Positions 39,034 through 51,300 of a DNA stretch of 64,000 nucleotides are shown here, piece by piece. Location: positions 2,604,001-2,668,000 of the forward strand of contig CDRNST010000025.1 of the NCBI GenBank assembly GCA_977016875.1, in the 5' to 3' direction. This DNA is from Pavona decussata. Lineage: Eukaryota. The notes below the pieces were generated by a model, which made no database searches, was not told the DNA's origin, and saw nothing but the letters and a program-made list of their open reading frames with translations. The position numbers were made by a program, and so were the translations under genes. Position 1 is the first letter of the stretch, and the number at the start of each line of letters is the position of its first letter.

Positions 39034-40462
39034 ATGGAAGAAAATTCAGAGTACCAACAAAGCATTGAATTCCGCAAACAGCGTCTAAATCTTTTTAATG
39101 AACTTGGAGATAGACGAGCAGAGGGAGAGGAATACATACTTCTAGCCGAGACGTATTACAATCTTAAAGACCACCAACAAAGTATTAAACATGGTAAAGA
39201 AAGCTTAAGTATTGCTAAGGAAATTGGAAATAGACAAGGAGAGGAAAACGCGTACAGAGTTCTAGCGAAGTCGTATTACAATCTTAAAGGCTACGAGCTT
39301 AGTATTAAACATGGTAAAGAAAGTTTAAGTATTGCTAAGGAAATTGGAAAAAGACAAGCAGAGGAAGTAGCGTATAGACTTCTAGCCGTTTCGTATTACA
39401 AGCTGAAAGACTACCAACAAAGTATTAAACATGGTAAAGAAAGCCTAATTATTGCTAAGGAAATTGGAAATAGGCAGGCAGAGGAACAGGCGTATAAACT
39501 TCTAGCCGTTTCGTATTTCTATCTTAAAGACTACCAACTAAGTATTAAACATGGTAAAGAAAGCCTAAGTATTTCTAAGGAAATTGGAAAAAGACAAGCA
39601 GAGGGAGAGGCGTGTAATGTTCTAGCCAATTCGTATTACTTTCTTAAAGACTACCAACAAAGTATTAATCATGGTAAAAAAAGCTTAAGTATTCCTTATG
39701 AAGGTGGAGAGAGACTAGCAGAGGAACAGGGGTATAGACTTCTAGCCTTTTCGTATTACAATCTTAAAGACTACCAACAAAGTATTAAACATGGTAAAGA
39801 AAGCCTAAGTATTGCTAAGGAAATTGGAAGAAGACAAGCAGAGGAAGGAGTGAATAGAGTTCTAACCTGGTCGTATTACAATCTTAAAGACTACCAACAA
39901 AGTATTGAACATGGTAAAGAAAGCTTAAGTATTGCTAAGGAAATTGGAGAAAGACAAGGAGAGGAACACGCGTATAGAGTTCTAGCCTGGTCGTATTACA
40001 ATCTTAAAGACTACCAACAAAGTATTAAACATGGTAAAGAAAGCCTAAGTATTGCTAAGGAAATTGGAAATAGACAAGCAGAGGAAGAAGCGAATAGAGT
40101 TCTAGCCTGCTCGTATTACAAACTTAAAGACTACCAACTAAGTACTGAACACGGTAAAGAAAGCCTCCGTATTTCTAAGGAAACTGGATATAAAACTGGA
40201 GAGGTGAATGTTTACCAGATATCTTCAGACTCCTATAAAAGTCTTGGAGACCAGAAACAAGCAATGGAATGGGTTAACCAAATAAGAGAAGCAGAGTCGT
40301 CGTGCAGTCTTGGAGAAAACGAAGAAGCCAGTGAAAGCAACCTTGAAATGCAAATTACAGAAAATGGTTTTGATGAATCATCAAGCTCAGTGGATCCTAA
40401 AGAAGCCAAACAAAGGGAGGATAAATTCAAAGACGGAGACGGACTTTCGAACGATAGTTCAG
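39034..40462 (+). CDS. Copy C exon: TPR repeat region plus acidic linker
   Basis: ORF 39034-40485 with 40-aa units of the type AYRVLAxSYYNLKDYQQSIKHGKESLSIAKEIGNRQAEE (TPR_12/TTC28-like). Donor ttcag|gtaata. Confidence 0.92.
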
Positions 40463-43400
40463 GTAATATTACAGTTTTAAATTGAAGAAAATTCGTAGTC
40501 TAAATCAGAGGATTTTCCTGTCTGTTTTTGGGTTGGGAGAAGCTACTATTTGGCAGGCGTATCTGGGGGCTGAGGGTTATAATGATGGAAGAGATTTACG
40601 TTCCACGTTTGAGCTAAATGAAAAGGATTTTGGTCGTGATAAACTACAAGAGTAAAACTTAGTTGTTTAGTCGTCCGATAAATATTAAAATTATCCGAAC
40701 GTGACGATAGACAGGACAAAAGAACTTTAATGCAATAGATACAACCTAACTGAGAAGTACAAACTAAGTTTTCTACTAAAGAGCGCTAGGAATACCCACA
40801 TAGTGTGTTTTAATTTTTCTGGCGCGATTTTTGATGCTTTTAAAATGAACATTGGCCAAGAGCAAAGCTCTGTGGGCTTATACACTTGATTTGAGAACAC
40901 CAAACATGATTACTGATAGTTTTAATTGATGATAAGTACCATTATCCCGTCAGTTAAGTCTGGAGCCTCTATCTGTATTAACCCCCTGGGTCAAACCTTT
41001 CCCAAGTAGATTTATTTTCTACTCGGAATGCCCGCAGGGCAGGCCGTGTCTAAGTTTGGGTCGGGTATCTTTTTTTTTCTCTTCGTCGTAGTCACAAATC
41101 GCCAAATTAATTTATGCATTAAAATATGTCCTCCCCTAGTAGGGATGTATTGTTCTGATTGTCTTCAACAAAATTAGACCAATCAAAATCTATTATTCGG
41201 GCACATATCACGAGAGAGGGGACTTACTTATCCCTTCCTGTGTGACGTCAAATCATTATTTGATTTATTCATTAAACCTTGATTAAATTCCTCCCTCTTC
41301 CAGAAGAGATTTATTGTTCTGATTGTCTTGAACAAAAACAGCCCAATCAAAATCTATTATCGGCGCATATATCACGAGGGAGGGGACCCACTTATCTCTA
41401 CTTGTGTGACGTCAAAGCAAGTCATCATTTCGAAAAGTTGTTTTTGTTCAATGGCGGCCACATGTATGAATTTAAGACTCTGATCTGCCGTTTTCAGAGA
41501 TAAAACAAACCTTTTTCAAGCGGTAAATCGAAATAATAACTTCTAGGTAGTACTCGGCAGTTGAAACGGTGGAAATTGGGAGAGTTCACACCGAAGAAAT
41601 TCGGCTTTCATAAACAGATCGAATAATCAACGCGAAGGATTAGAGCTAGAGGAGGCCAGGTCAGTTCAGCGGGGTCATGACGTTATTGCAGTTATTTCTG
41701 GTATGATTCCTAGTAACACAACGATAAGTGTCACGCAATATATCTGAATAAAACCATTAAGACAATTATTTCAATTGCCAAGGGAGGATAGTTTTTAAAT
41801 ATCTGCGAAACATACAATGGGGGATAATTGAGGCTACATTAAGCATTCCGTGTTAATGCCATTAGCAGGGCATCTTGTTTGATCTGCTTTTCCCCCAGTA
41901 GGGATTGGTGATGAATTTTGATCTATGACAATTTAATTGTTATTGCTATTCTTTTATTGGGTATTTAAACTGTGGGCTTTCCAAATTCCCTGAGACCCGT
42001 TATAAAAATAAATATACTCGGGAAATTAAGGGTTGATTTCACTGAGATTTAAAGTAACCTTTATAAGTTAACTACACTCTGAATTGTAGTTTCTACTTAA
42101 ACAATAGAGCGTTTTTGTCGAGGCACTATCGGCTGATAGCTGCCCTGCGGAAATTTGATGTTCTTTCAATTTTATTTAAAAAAACAAAATTAATGTTAGC
42201 CTGAGAATTAAACTTCGAGGCTTATACTTGAATATTGTTCTACAACTATCAAACCCGATACGATAGACGTGAGACGAAATTCTATTGTTTTTATTGTTCA
42301 GCACTAAAACAATTTTCCGCATAAATTAAAAGTCACTAGGACTGGTATTCCCATTTTACTGCTTTCCAATTTAGCCTCAGTTTAATTTAAGGTGAAAAGT
42401 TGAAATAAGAAAAGACGAATATGCAACTTACAAGGGTAAAAAAATATACAACGAAAATCACCTTTTTGTTACTAAGTAATGAATTGGATGAATAAATGAA
42501 AGATCTTTTTCGGGAACAAATACAATCCATCCGGGCATTTTCGCCCGATGGACACTTTGCTCTGATAGCACAGCGCTGATAGTGTCTCTCCGTGTATGGC
42601 TTGTATCACATCACGTGATCAATTTAAACGATCGGGCTTGGAGAAAATTTTGTAGTGAACTATACTGGGTGTTATTGTCGATAGATAAGTGTAATGACAA
42701 TCACAATCAGCAAAATTTTCCATGTCTCCGATGTTGTTAGGTTGTGTTTATTAGATTCTGCGAAGTTGTCTGCGAGGGTAAGCTTTCAGAGGAAAGAAAG
42801 CGTTCGTTACCACCAACACTCCTTGTCACGTGAAAGCTCCGTTATATACAACTAACAATTTCTACTAAAAAAATTATCAGATTCTCCTTTGACGTTTGTA
42901 AATGGGAGAGAATAAGTCTTTCTGCTCAGATGGTGTGAATTCCTGTCAGGAGTCCAGTCAATAGACACGGTAGAGTGTTCAAGAAACGCGAAATGCACGA
43001 CAGAGACCAACTTGTACGTCCGGGAGAAAATTCTTAATTTTACTCAGGATGAAATGAGAGGATGAAACTTTTCAGCCACACGTTTCAAACTGTGGTTTAG
43101 TAGTTACAACTAGTTTTAAAGTATCTACTAAACCATGTGTGTATTGTGTTTTTTCTTGTAACATATTTCTGCAATAAGTACCAAGTGAGATTAAAGCACG
43201 AGGACCAAGAGCGCAGCTTGCCTATGCAAATGCTTTGAAGACTGGAAAAGTAAAGGTGCACCGTGCTAGAATCATGCTGATAGGCCAAGATCGAGCGGGA
43301 AAGACAAGTTTGAAGAAATCCTTCTTAGGTCAGCCATTCGATCCTTATGAGCAGAGCACGAATGGAATAGAGGTTGATCCATCAAAGTTCGAAATTGATG

Positions 43401-46400
43401 TTGATCAAGTGAAGAACTGGCAGCGAACCGACGAGAAGTTAAGTGTGTCTGAGTTTGCAAACGACCTTGCAAAGATGGTGGCTGCTCAGATTGGAGAAGA
43501 TGAAACAAGTGTAAACCCAGGAGCTCAAGATGAACCAAAGGAGATGACATATCAAAAGAATGAGGTTGGTATCCTGATGTACATAGATTAGATAGAGAAC
43601 TTTTAGACTGAAGTAAGTAACTGTACGATGCAGCAACAGCACAATACAACACAATGTAATGAATACGTTACCGCCGACCGGCAGTGTAATACAGTACGTT
43701 AATAGTTTATCAGTTTTTGTTTCATTATTCTTACCCACCTTGTCAAAGAGTGGTTTAGCAGCCAACATTTTTGCCTTTATGATTTTTACCACCGAAGGTT
43801 TTTTTCGTTATGTTGATCAAAGTAAGTATCTATGGTAACGTTGGAAACTAAACTGAGGTCTTGTTTTTCTGATTGAATAGTCTGGTTTTACCGCCGCTAA
43901 GGAAGATGAGTCTATGGAGAAAAAATCTCAAGTAAATCAGGTTGGTTACATTATTTTTAAAAGAAAAAAAGGTAAGCACATCAAAACAGAAACTATTGTT
44001 AGACTATATCGAACGCATTTTTTCGGTTTCAGTCAAGCTCGATGACCTGAACACGAACAATGTTTGCTATGGAAGTACAATGAACATAAAGGGGCCATAA
44101 CGGTAAAAACAAACAAAAAATAAAAAAAAGTAAAACAAAACAAAACAGAAAAATTTATTATTCTTACAAAGCTTGTCAAAGAGTAGTTTAGCAGCCAACA
44201 TTTTTGCCTTTATGAATGTTACCACTGAAGGTTTGTTTCGTTATGTTGATCAAAGTAAGTCTATGGTAACGTTAGAAACTAAACTGAGGTCTTGTTTTTC
44301 TGATTGAATAGTCTGGTTTTACCGCCGCTAAGGAAGATGAGTCTATGGAGAAAAAATCTCAAGTGAATCAGGTTGGTTACATTATTTGCAAAAGAAAAAA
44401 AGTAAGCGCATTAAAACAGAAACTATTGTTAGACTATATCGAACGCATTTTTTCGGTTTCAGTCAAGCTCGATGACCTGCACACGAACAATTTTTGCTAT
44501 AGAAGTACAATGAAACTAAAGGGGCCATAACGGTAAAAACAAAAAAACAAAACAAAACAGAGAATGCTTTGCATCAGCGTTTGTTTGAAATTCATATTGC
44601 ACCCTACTAAACTAATACATGAATTAACTTTATCAAGCTACTTTCAGGAATGTCATCATAGCGTCGATTACAAACGAAGCACTTCTAAAAGGATGACTTG
44701 TATTGCGAGGGTCTCAAGTTAAAATCTTCCTGATGGATTGCTAACACATGAGACCCTGCCTCAAATCCTAGGCGACCCTTTGGAAAAAAAAAGCAAAGTA
44801 AAGTGGTCAAATTGCGGTCTTGATTGATTGATTTATTGATATCTCCCCTCAACTGAAAAGCGTGTGGCGAACGGTAGTCGTGTTCGCTTTGGTTTCATTC
44901 CATCGTGCGTCATCACTAACTAAGACCAACTAATAAAACCCTGACTTCTTCACACTCGTTTTCTCGCACTTCTAAAATATTATATGCATTTTCCGGCTTC
45001 TAGTTCTGATTGCATTATTGTCTCGCTTGCCTTTGTTATGATTGATCACAATGACGACTTTGGCTTTGCTTTAAAAAGTCCTTTTCAAATCGCTGTATTA
45101 GACGTAGGAACATGTCTTCTTATGCGAATATCGGTACATTAGGATTAAGTATTGCAAGCGGGATTGACTAACAGATATACAGACAGCATTCTCTAGAAGC
45201 TAGTGTTTACATATTCCTAACGGGTGTCCTTTTTTTAGTTCAACTGATAAAAACGTAAAACGGTGTTAAGGAGAAGTTTTGCCTTTTGAGCCACTTATCA
45301 GACCAACAGCTACGATATCGTAACCATTCAAAAAACTCCTTTCAGGATCCTATCAGGGAAGGAACCACATTTGCGAAAGTCCATGAAGCTCAAAATGGGC
45401 GCCACAACGAGAAAGCAGCTAAAGAATCTGCATTGAATTTCGACCCTACTTTGCCTCCGGAGGAATTCACAGATCTTCTCGTTCAACATTTAAAAGGTTT
45501 AAACCTGCCAAGTGATTCAACATCAGCGAAAAACCACATGACTCTAGACCTTTGGGACTTTGCCGGACAGCATCTTTATTACGCTTCCTATCCAGTGTTC
45601 TTGTCATCACGAGCAGTTTATATGTTGGTGTACAATCTCAGCAAAGGATTAAAGAACATTGCTGAGCCTTGTGTCAGACAAGGTGTTAATGACATTCTTT
45701 TAAGAAACCCAAATGGCGAAACAAATTTGGAGAACTTGTTGTCGTGGCTTGTTTCAGTCAGAACTATGTGTTCAGCAAAACCAAATTTAGTGAATAACAG
45801 GAAAGAGACTGACAAAGAGCCATCTTACCTACGTCCCCCTGTGTTTATTGTAGGAACACATGCTGACAAACCTCTCCAGGACATTAAGATAATGGAACAC
45901 CTGATCCAGACAGTGCTTTCTCGAAAAGACTTTGATGGTCACGTAATCCGGCCTTTTTTTTCAATTGATAATACGCAAGGGTCATCAGGGGCTGGCGTTC
46001 GTGCAATTCAGGAAAAAATGATTGAAGTGTTGCAAGAAGAGCCATACATGGGGGAGGAGGTACCAGTTCGGTAAGTTTACAAAATAAGAACCAGTTGCAA
46101 CATCACGCACTCGGCTTTTGAGTTCGTTCAAAGCGCACATAGTTGACCGTTGTTTTCCTTGATTATTCAGTAACTGAATATCAAGGTCAAAGTTGAGATA
46201 TGTGTAATAGTAATAGGGAATGGACGTCAAAACTTGAAAAGTTGCGTTTGGTAGGGGAACGGAAAAGGTAGCTTTTCACAGACTTTGTAGTTTCTATAGA
46301 AAGAGCGTACCATACGGGCAAAAACATCCCTCTACTTTACAACGTAATACAGCTAAAAAAACAAAGCTACCAATATAATATTTACATGTTGCATTTATTT

Positions 46401-48341
46401 GGATTATCTCCCTTCTTTGCCCTTCAGGTGGTTTAACTTTGAGAAGGTCATTAAGGCTTTGATTGCCAAGAAAACGTATTACCTAAACCTGCAACAACTC
46501 CAAACTATTATCCAGGAAGTGTGCTTTGTCAGGAATGAGGACGAAATTGCCACCATGTTGGATTTCTATCACGATCTCGGAATTATCGTAAGACACCACA
46601 ACACTGTTGTACTACAGGCCCAGTGGTTGATTGACGTGTTTAAACAACTCATAACAATCCGTCCGTACAACGAAATGGTAAGAACCTGACAGAATAAAAA
46701 GTCCAAAAAGTGAGCAGCCGCGTACCTTATTCTTGGCTGCCTTTTACCGTTGGGTGCCATGGTGGGTTATCTCGGGGGGGGGGGGAAACCCAGCAGGTTA
46801 AAAGTTTTCCCAGTAGATTCTGAAAGAATATTTTTTTTGCTGGAGAGGTTTCAATATATTTTTTCCATGTTAAACTTTTTGTAAAACAATTCGTATTTCA
46901 AATTTCTCGCATGACGATTTAAAAGTCTTGTGATAATTTGCCTTACACATTTTTATTACGATTTTTTTTTTGCATTTTGCACCAACCTTTTTTTGTTACT
47001 TTTCTTTATAAGTACGTAAATTATGATCATCCGGGTGAGTGAAGTCCTGAGAAGGAGTGTTTGGGGGTTGCTTTGACTGACGTCAAGTGAATCGTGGAAC
47101 GTCAGTAGGTGGCATATATGTCTCTGGTTGTTATCCTGACTGGTCAACGACGTCGAGATGTTATTGGCTGTGAAGACTAAAAAAAAAGGGATTGGTGCGT
47201 TTCGATCCGTCTTTTGTTAGTCAAAGACAAAAGGTCCGTGGGTCTATTGTTTGCTTGTTACGTTGATGCCTGGCATCTGACCATTTACAGGTTTATCTGT
47301 GTATGTTACACGACGAGTATTCGCAAACAAACTTTTCGTTCAAGTTCTTCTTAACCCTATCTAGCCCGGGCTTTTTTGTCTTCATAGCTTCTCAAGTATA
47401 AAACTTATAACAGTGAGAGTTAAAGGATAGATGTAAGTCTGAAGATGTTTCCTTTGAGGTCCGTAGTAAGAATTGATGACGTCACATGAAGCAGGAATTA
47501 CACCACGATTTCAAAGAAATGGTAATCTAGGAACCGCCACCTTGGATGTCTTGATTTCTCCCAAAACCTCAGAGTTAAAAAAATGTTAGATGACTTTGTC
47601 TGCAAGAAAGTCAATTTTGAATCATTAAAAACCGAAATCTTCCTGTTTCTTAAAAAGAGGCCTGGCAAAAATAGATTGCTATTGTAACATCAAATTCAGT
47701 GAGCCTGATTTACCATGCAAAATCGTTCCCGGATAAATTTCTTGAAAAGTCACGAACTTTCGTGGCATTTGTGCAAAAATTAAAAAATGTTGTGTGCTTA
47801 AAGTCCATTATTAACCTGTCGCGATCATTTTCTCGTTTTTTTATCTTCCACCTTTGCACCAGAGAAAGGCTAATTTATACAGATACTTACCAACGAAAGA
47901 AGATCTGTCTGCACTTTTTCCCCAAGAGTGCTATAGCCTTAATAAAGTGTTCACATCCTCTGCTTCTCATAACCAGGCTTTCCTATAGTTGCCTGAATGC
48001 TACAATGGGCTATTTTCTGAAACAAATTGCTGTCATTCTTCCCGAATTTGGGCCGACGTTCCCATGAAGTAAGTCAGGTGCTTGTCTATGTGTCTTGCTT
48101 TCAGCTAAGTTCTTGAGTATGCATGGAAAGATTACTATGGAACTGCGACTTTGAAGTAAAGTATTTATTATTGAGTTCTCAAACTCATTAATAATACATA
48201 AAGTGAGCAGCGAATAGCTGACATTTGGTTCAGCTGGATGAATCTTGATACCCAATGAAACGCCAGATCAAGATGTTAATGGTCTCTATGGGAGTTAAAA
48301 ACCTTTTTTGATCTGAGGTCAAACACTTGCAGTTTAATAAG

Positions 48342-48372
<31 letters not shown>

Positions 48373-51300
48373 CTTTAATAGTAACATCCTCGTGAGGTTT
48401 TTCAGGAACTATTTACAAACTATTTCCAATTTATAAAAGCAAAAATGACAATAAAAACTCGAAATCACAATTTATGCTGGTGTTTTACTAAAATTCAAAG
48501 CTTATGAAGGAAATGTCTGCCTCAATAACATGGTAGGATTATTTATGCAAATGTTCCAGCAGGAAATGTTTAACACAAGCAAGTAGACGTTTCCTCTTTA
48601 TTCTGACTCCTTGCACCTTAATTACATCTGAGAATGTTCGTGAACGAACGCTTACTGATGTTTTAAAAGCTAAATGAAAAACAAACATTTCACACTCAAG
48701 CCTGTCGTCAGTTTTACTGACGTTTTACTTTTCCCCGACCGTCACTCATGATCCAGGATTGTTATAATGTTAAAATGAAAACCCGTGCAAAGCAGCCCCT
48801 TGAACTTAACTCCCCAAAAGGGAAGTAGTAAATGCACGGTTAAATGTGCCCTACCCATAATGTGTGATGACATCAGCCGCTCGTCGTTGGTATCGTTTCA
48901 CATTTTGTGTGAAGAAACAAAGAAGCGTTTGCTAAATTTAGTGCTCTCTATTCAAAACTTTCTTTTCAGACATTATGATCATGTCACAAACTCGGATTTT
49001 GTGCTTTATCAGGTGTTTCAAACAACTGTTTCTCGGTTTCCCTGATTATGTAAATAACCTAATCTCGTTTTTGATGGTGTCTTCAATATAGCTCGCCTCA
49101 GCGGATCATAATTCAGAAATTAATCAGCGAGTAGTATGATATCGCTAAAACAGACCTAAAAATAAGATTGACGTGTAAACCCAACTTGCTGTGTTTCACA
49201 TTACTAACAGGATACACTGCGGGTGTACTTTATATAGGGGTGTTATGCATTTTTTTTCTTCGTATATTTCTCATAAGTAAACATGCAAGAATGTTTCCTT
49301 GGTGTGTTTAGATGGTTAAACGACCTTGATATAGTGTCTCAAAAAATCCTCCTTATTGATGTTGTTTTAATTTTTTGACAGGAATCTAGACATTCCAAGT
49401 TGTGGAGAGACATGGAAGAAACAGGCGTTCTTAGTATGCAACTTGTTGAACACGTATTTTCCAAGTATTGTCAGCAAGGCGTACCCAACGAGGACATTTT
49501 GAATATGATGGAGCATTTCGGATTGCTAGTGAAGTTTGCGAGGTCTCCAAGTGATATACATTACTTTGTGCCAGCGCAACTGAAGACGCCACCTAAAGCC
49601 CTTCGAAAAATGGAACCCTCGTTGTCCGACCCATGCCCCCTGTATCTTCACTTTTTAGAGGGTTTTGTTCCTCTTGGCCTCTTCTTTCAGCTGGTGTCAA
49701 GGTGTTCTCGACGGTGCCCTGCTAATGGATTCACGCAGCCTCCCAGATTTTATGAGGGGGCGTCGACCTTCTTCCTTGAGAAAACTTTCCGCTACCAACT
49801 GACCCTTTTGTGCAAGAAAAGGTTCATCAAGATTGTATTGAAACACCAAAGAACACGAGACGAGCAATTGCCTCCGACCGAAGAAGAAGAAGTAGCAAGT
49901 CATGTGCGAATGTTTCTGGAAGATGAATTGAGCAATATGAGACAAGAGCTGCCCTGGTTGAACAATTTAAAGTATGAATTGTGTGTTGAATGTCCTTGCT
50001 GTCCGGAGGAGGATATCAAGTGCGCAAACCACGGTCAAGTCTCTTGTGCACATGAGGACTGCATGAGCCTTGTCAAGGTTATATCTGGAGGGTGTTTAAG
50101 CTGCTGCTTCCAATGTTGTCAAACAGCGAATCTCCCCAGACTGGAAAAGTGGTTCTCGGTCAAAGGTGAGGACAATGTGTCGTATATGGTTAAATTAAGA
50201 TGATCGATATAAGTCAGTTTTGAAAATGGTTTAATGACTGGTTGCCTTCATGAGCTGTAAGTTATACAATCAAGACCTAAACGATTGGTTAAAGATACTA
50301 GTAAAAGAGTTATCTCTTCAGAACCCTAGCCAGAACAATTAAACCCAAAAATGGACGGGTAAATGCGCACGTCCACCGTTAGTTGTCTATTTACGATAAC
50401 AATCGCTATCGGTCTTCTTATTTTGTGAATAAGGTGAAAAATCCTTTAAAAAAATGCTGATAGCTATTAGATCCAAGACAGGGTATTCAAACCCCACTCA
50501 ACAACCTTATAGGAAAAAAAAACACTAAACATACAGGTAAAATTGAATGTTGATATTGTGGAATAATGCTAATTTACTAACTGTATTTTTACTGTGTCCT
50601 AATATCAACAAAATAATTTTAGAAGATTCGGTTGAATTGCAGTGGGTATCTGTACTGCCCAAAATGTCTTGCGTCGTCAGCTCGCGCACACATAAAAAAC
50701 ATTTCGATTTGTATTTTTTTGAGGCTAAGAAAATTAAATTATTGGTCGTCTTCTTCTTAACGTGCATGGTGGCTTATTATTTCATATTATATTAGCTATT
50801 TCTAGACCGGGGGAGTGGAGGGGATTGGTTGATCCTGCCCGCACCGACTTTGAGTATTTTTTATATGTGAGGAAGCGCCCCAAAACTTCGTCACTTTTTG
50901 TTTAGATAGTTATCTGGAATCAATTTTTTGTGCGTGCAGATGCCCAAATGGCCCCATATCCTCGGTACTGTCATTTGTTTCGGCACCTTTAAAGCATTTT
51001 ACTGTCACTTTGGTGCGCTCTTTAAAGAAAAATACTGTCTAGTGTTTCATTGATAGGGAGTAATGGCTTAGTATTTTAATGCTGTTGTCACAAACTTTAG
51101 TTTTTTAATGCTGTTGTCACAAACTAGCAAAATTGTTATACACTGCATGCAGCCCTAATAACGTGAAAAGAGTCTGATGAAATTTCTAATGTAATCCTGG
51201 GCTGGATGTAGTTAGCTACCGTGCAAATTTTCCAAAGAAAATTAATTACAACTTCTTGTCATCTACGCGTGTATCAGTGTAGTGGAAGGGAAAACTTTAT

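Noticed and set aside
39052-40260. Regular repeats as a CRISPR array
   Set aside because: They are contiguous in-frame 120-bp coding units with no unique spacers, in a eukaryotic context with no cas genes.
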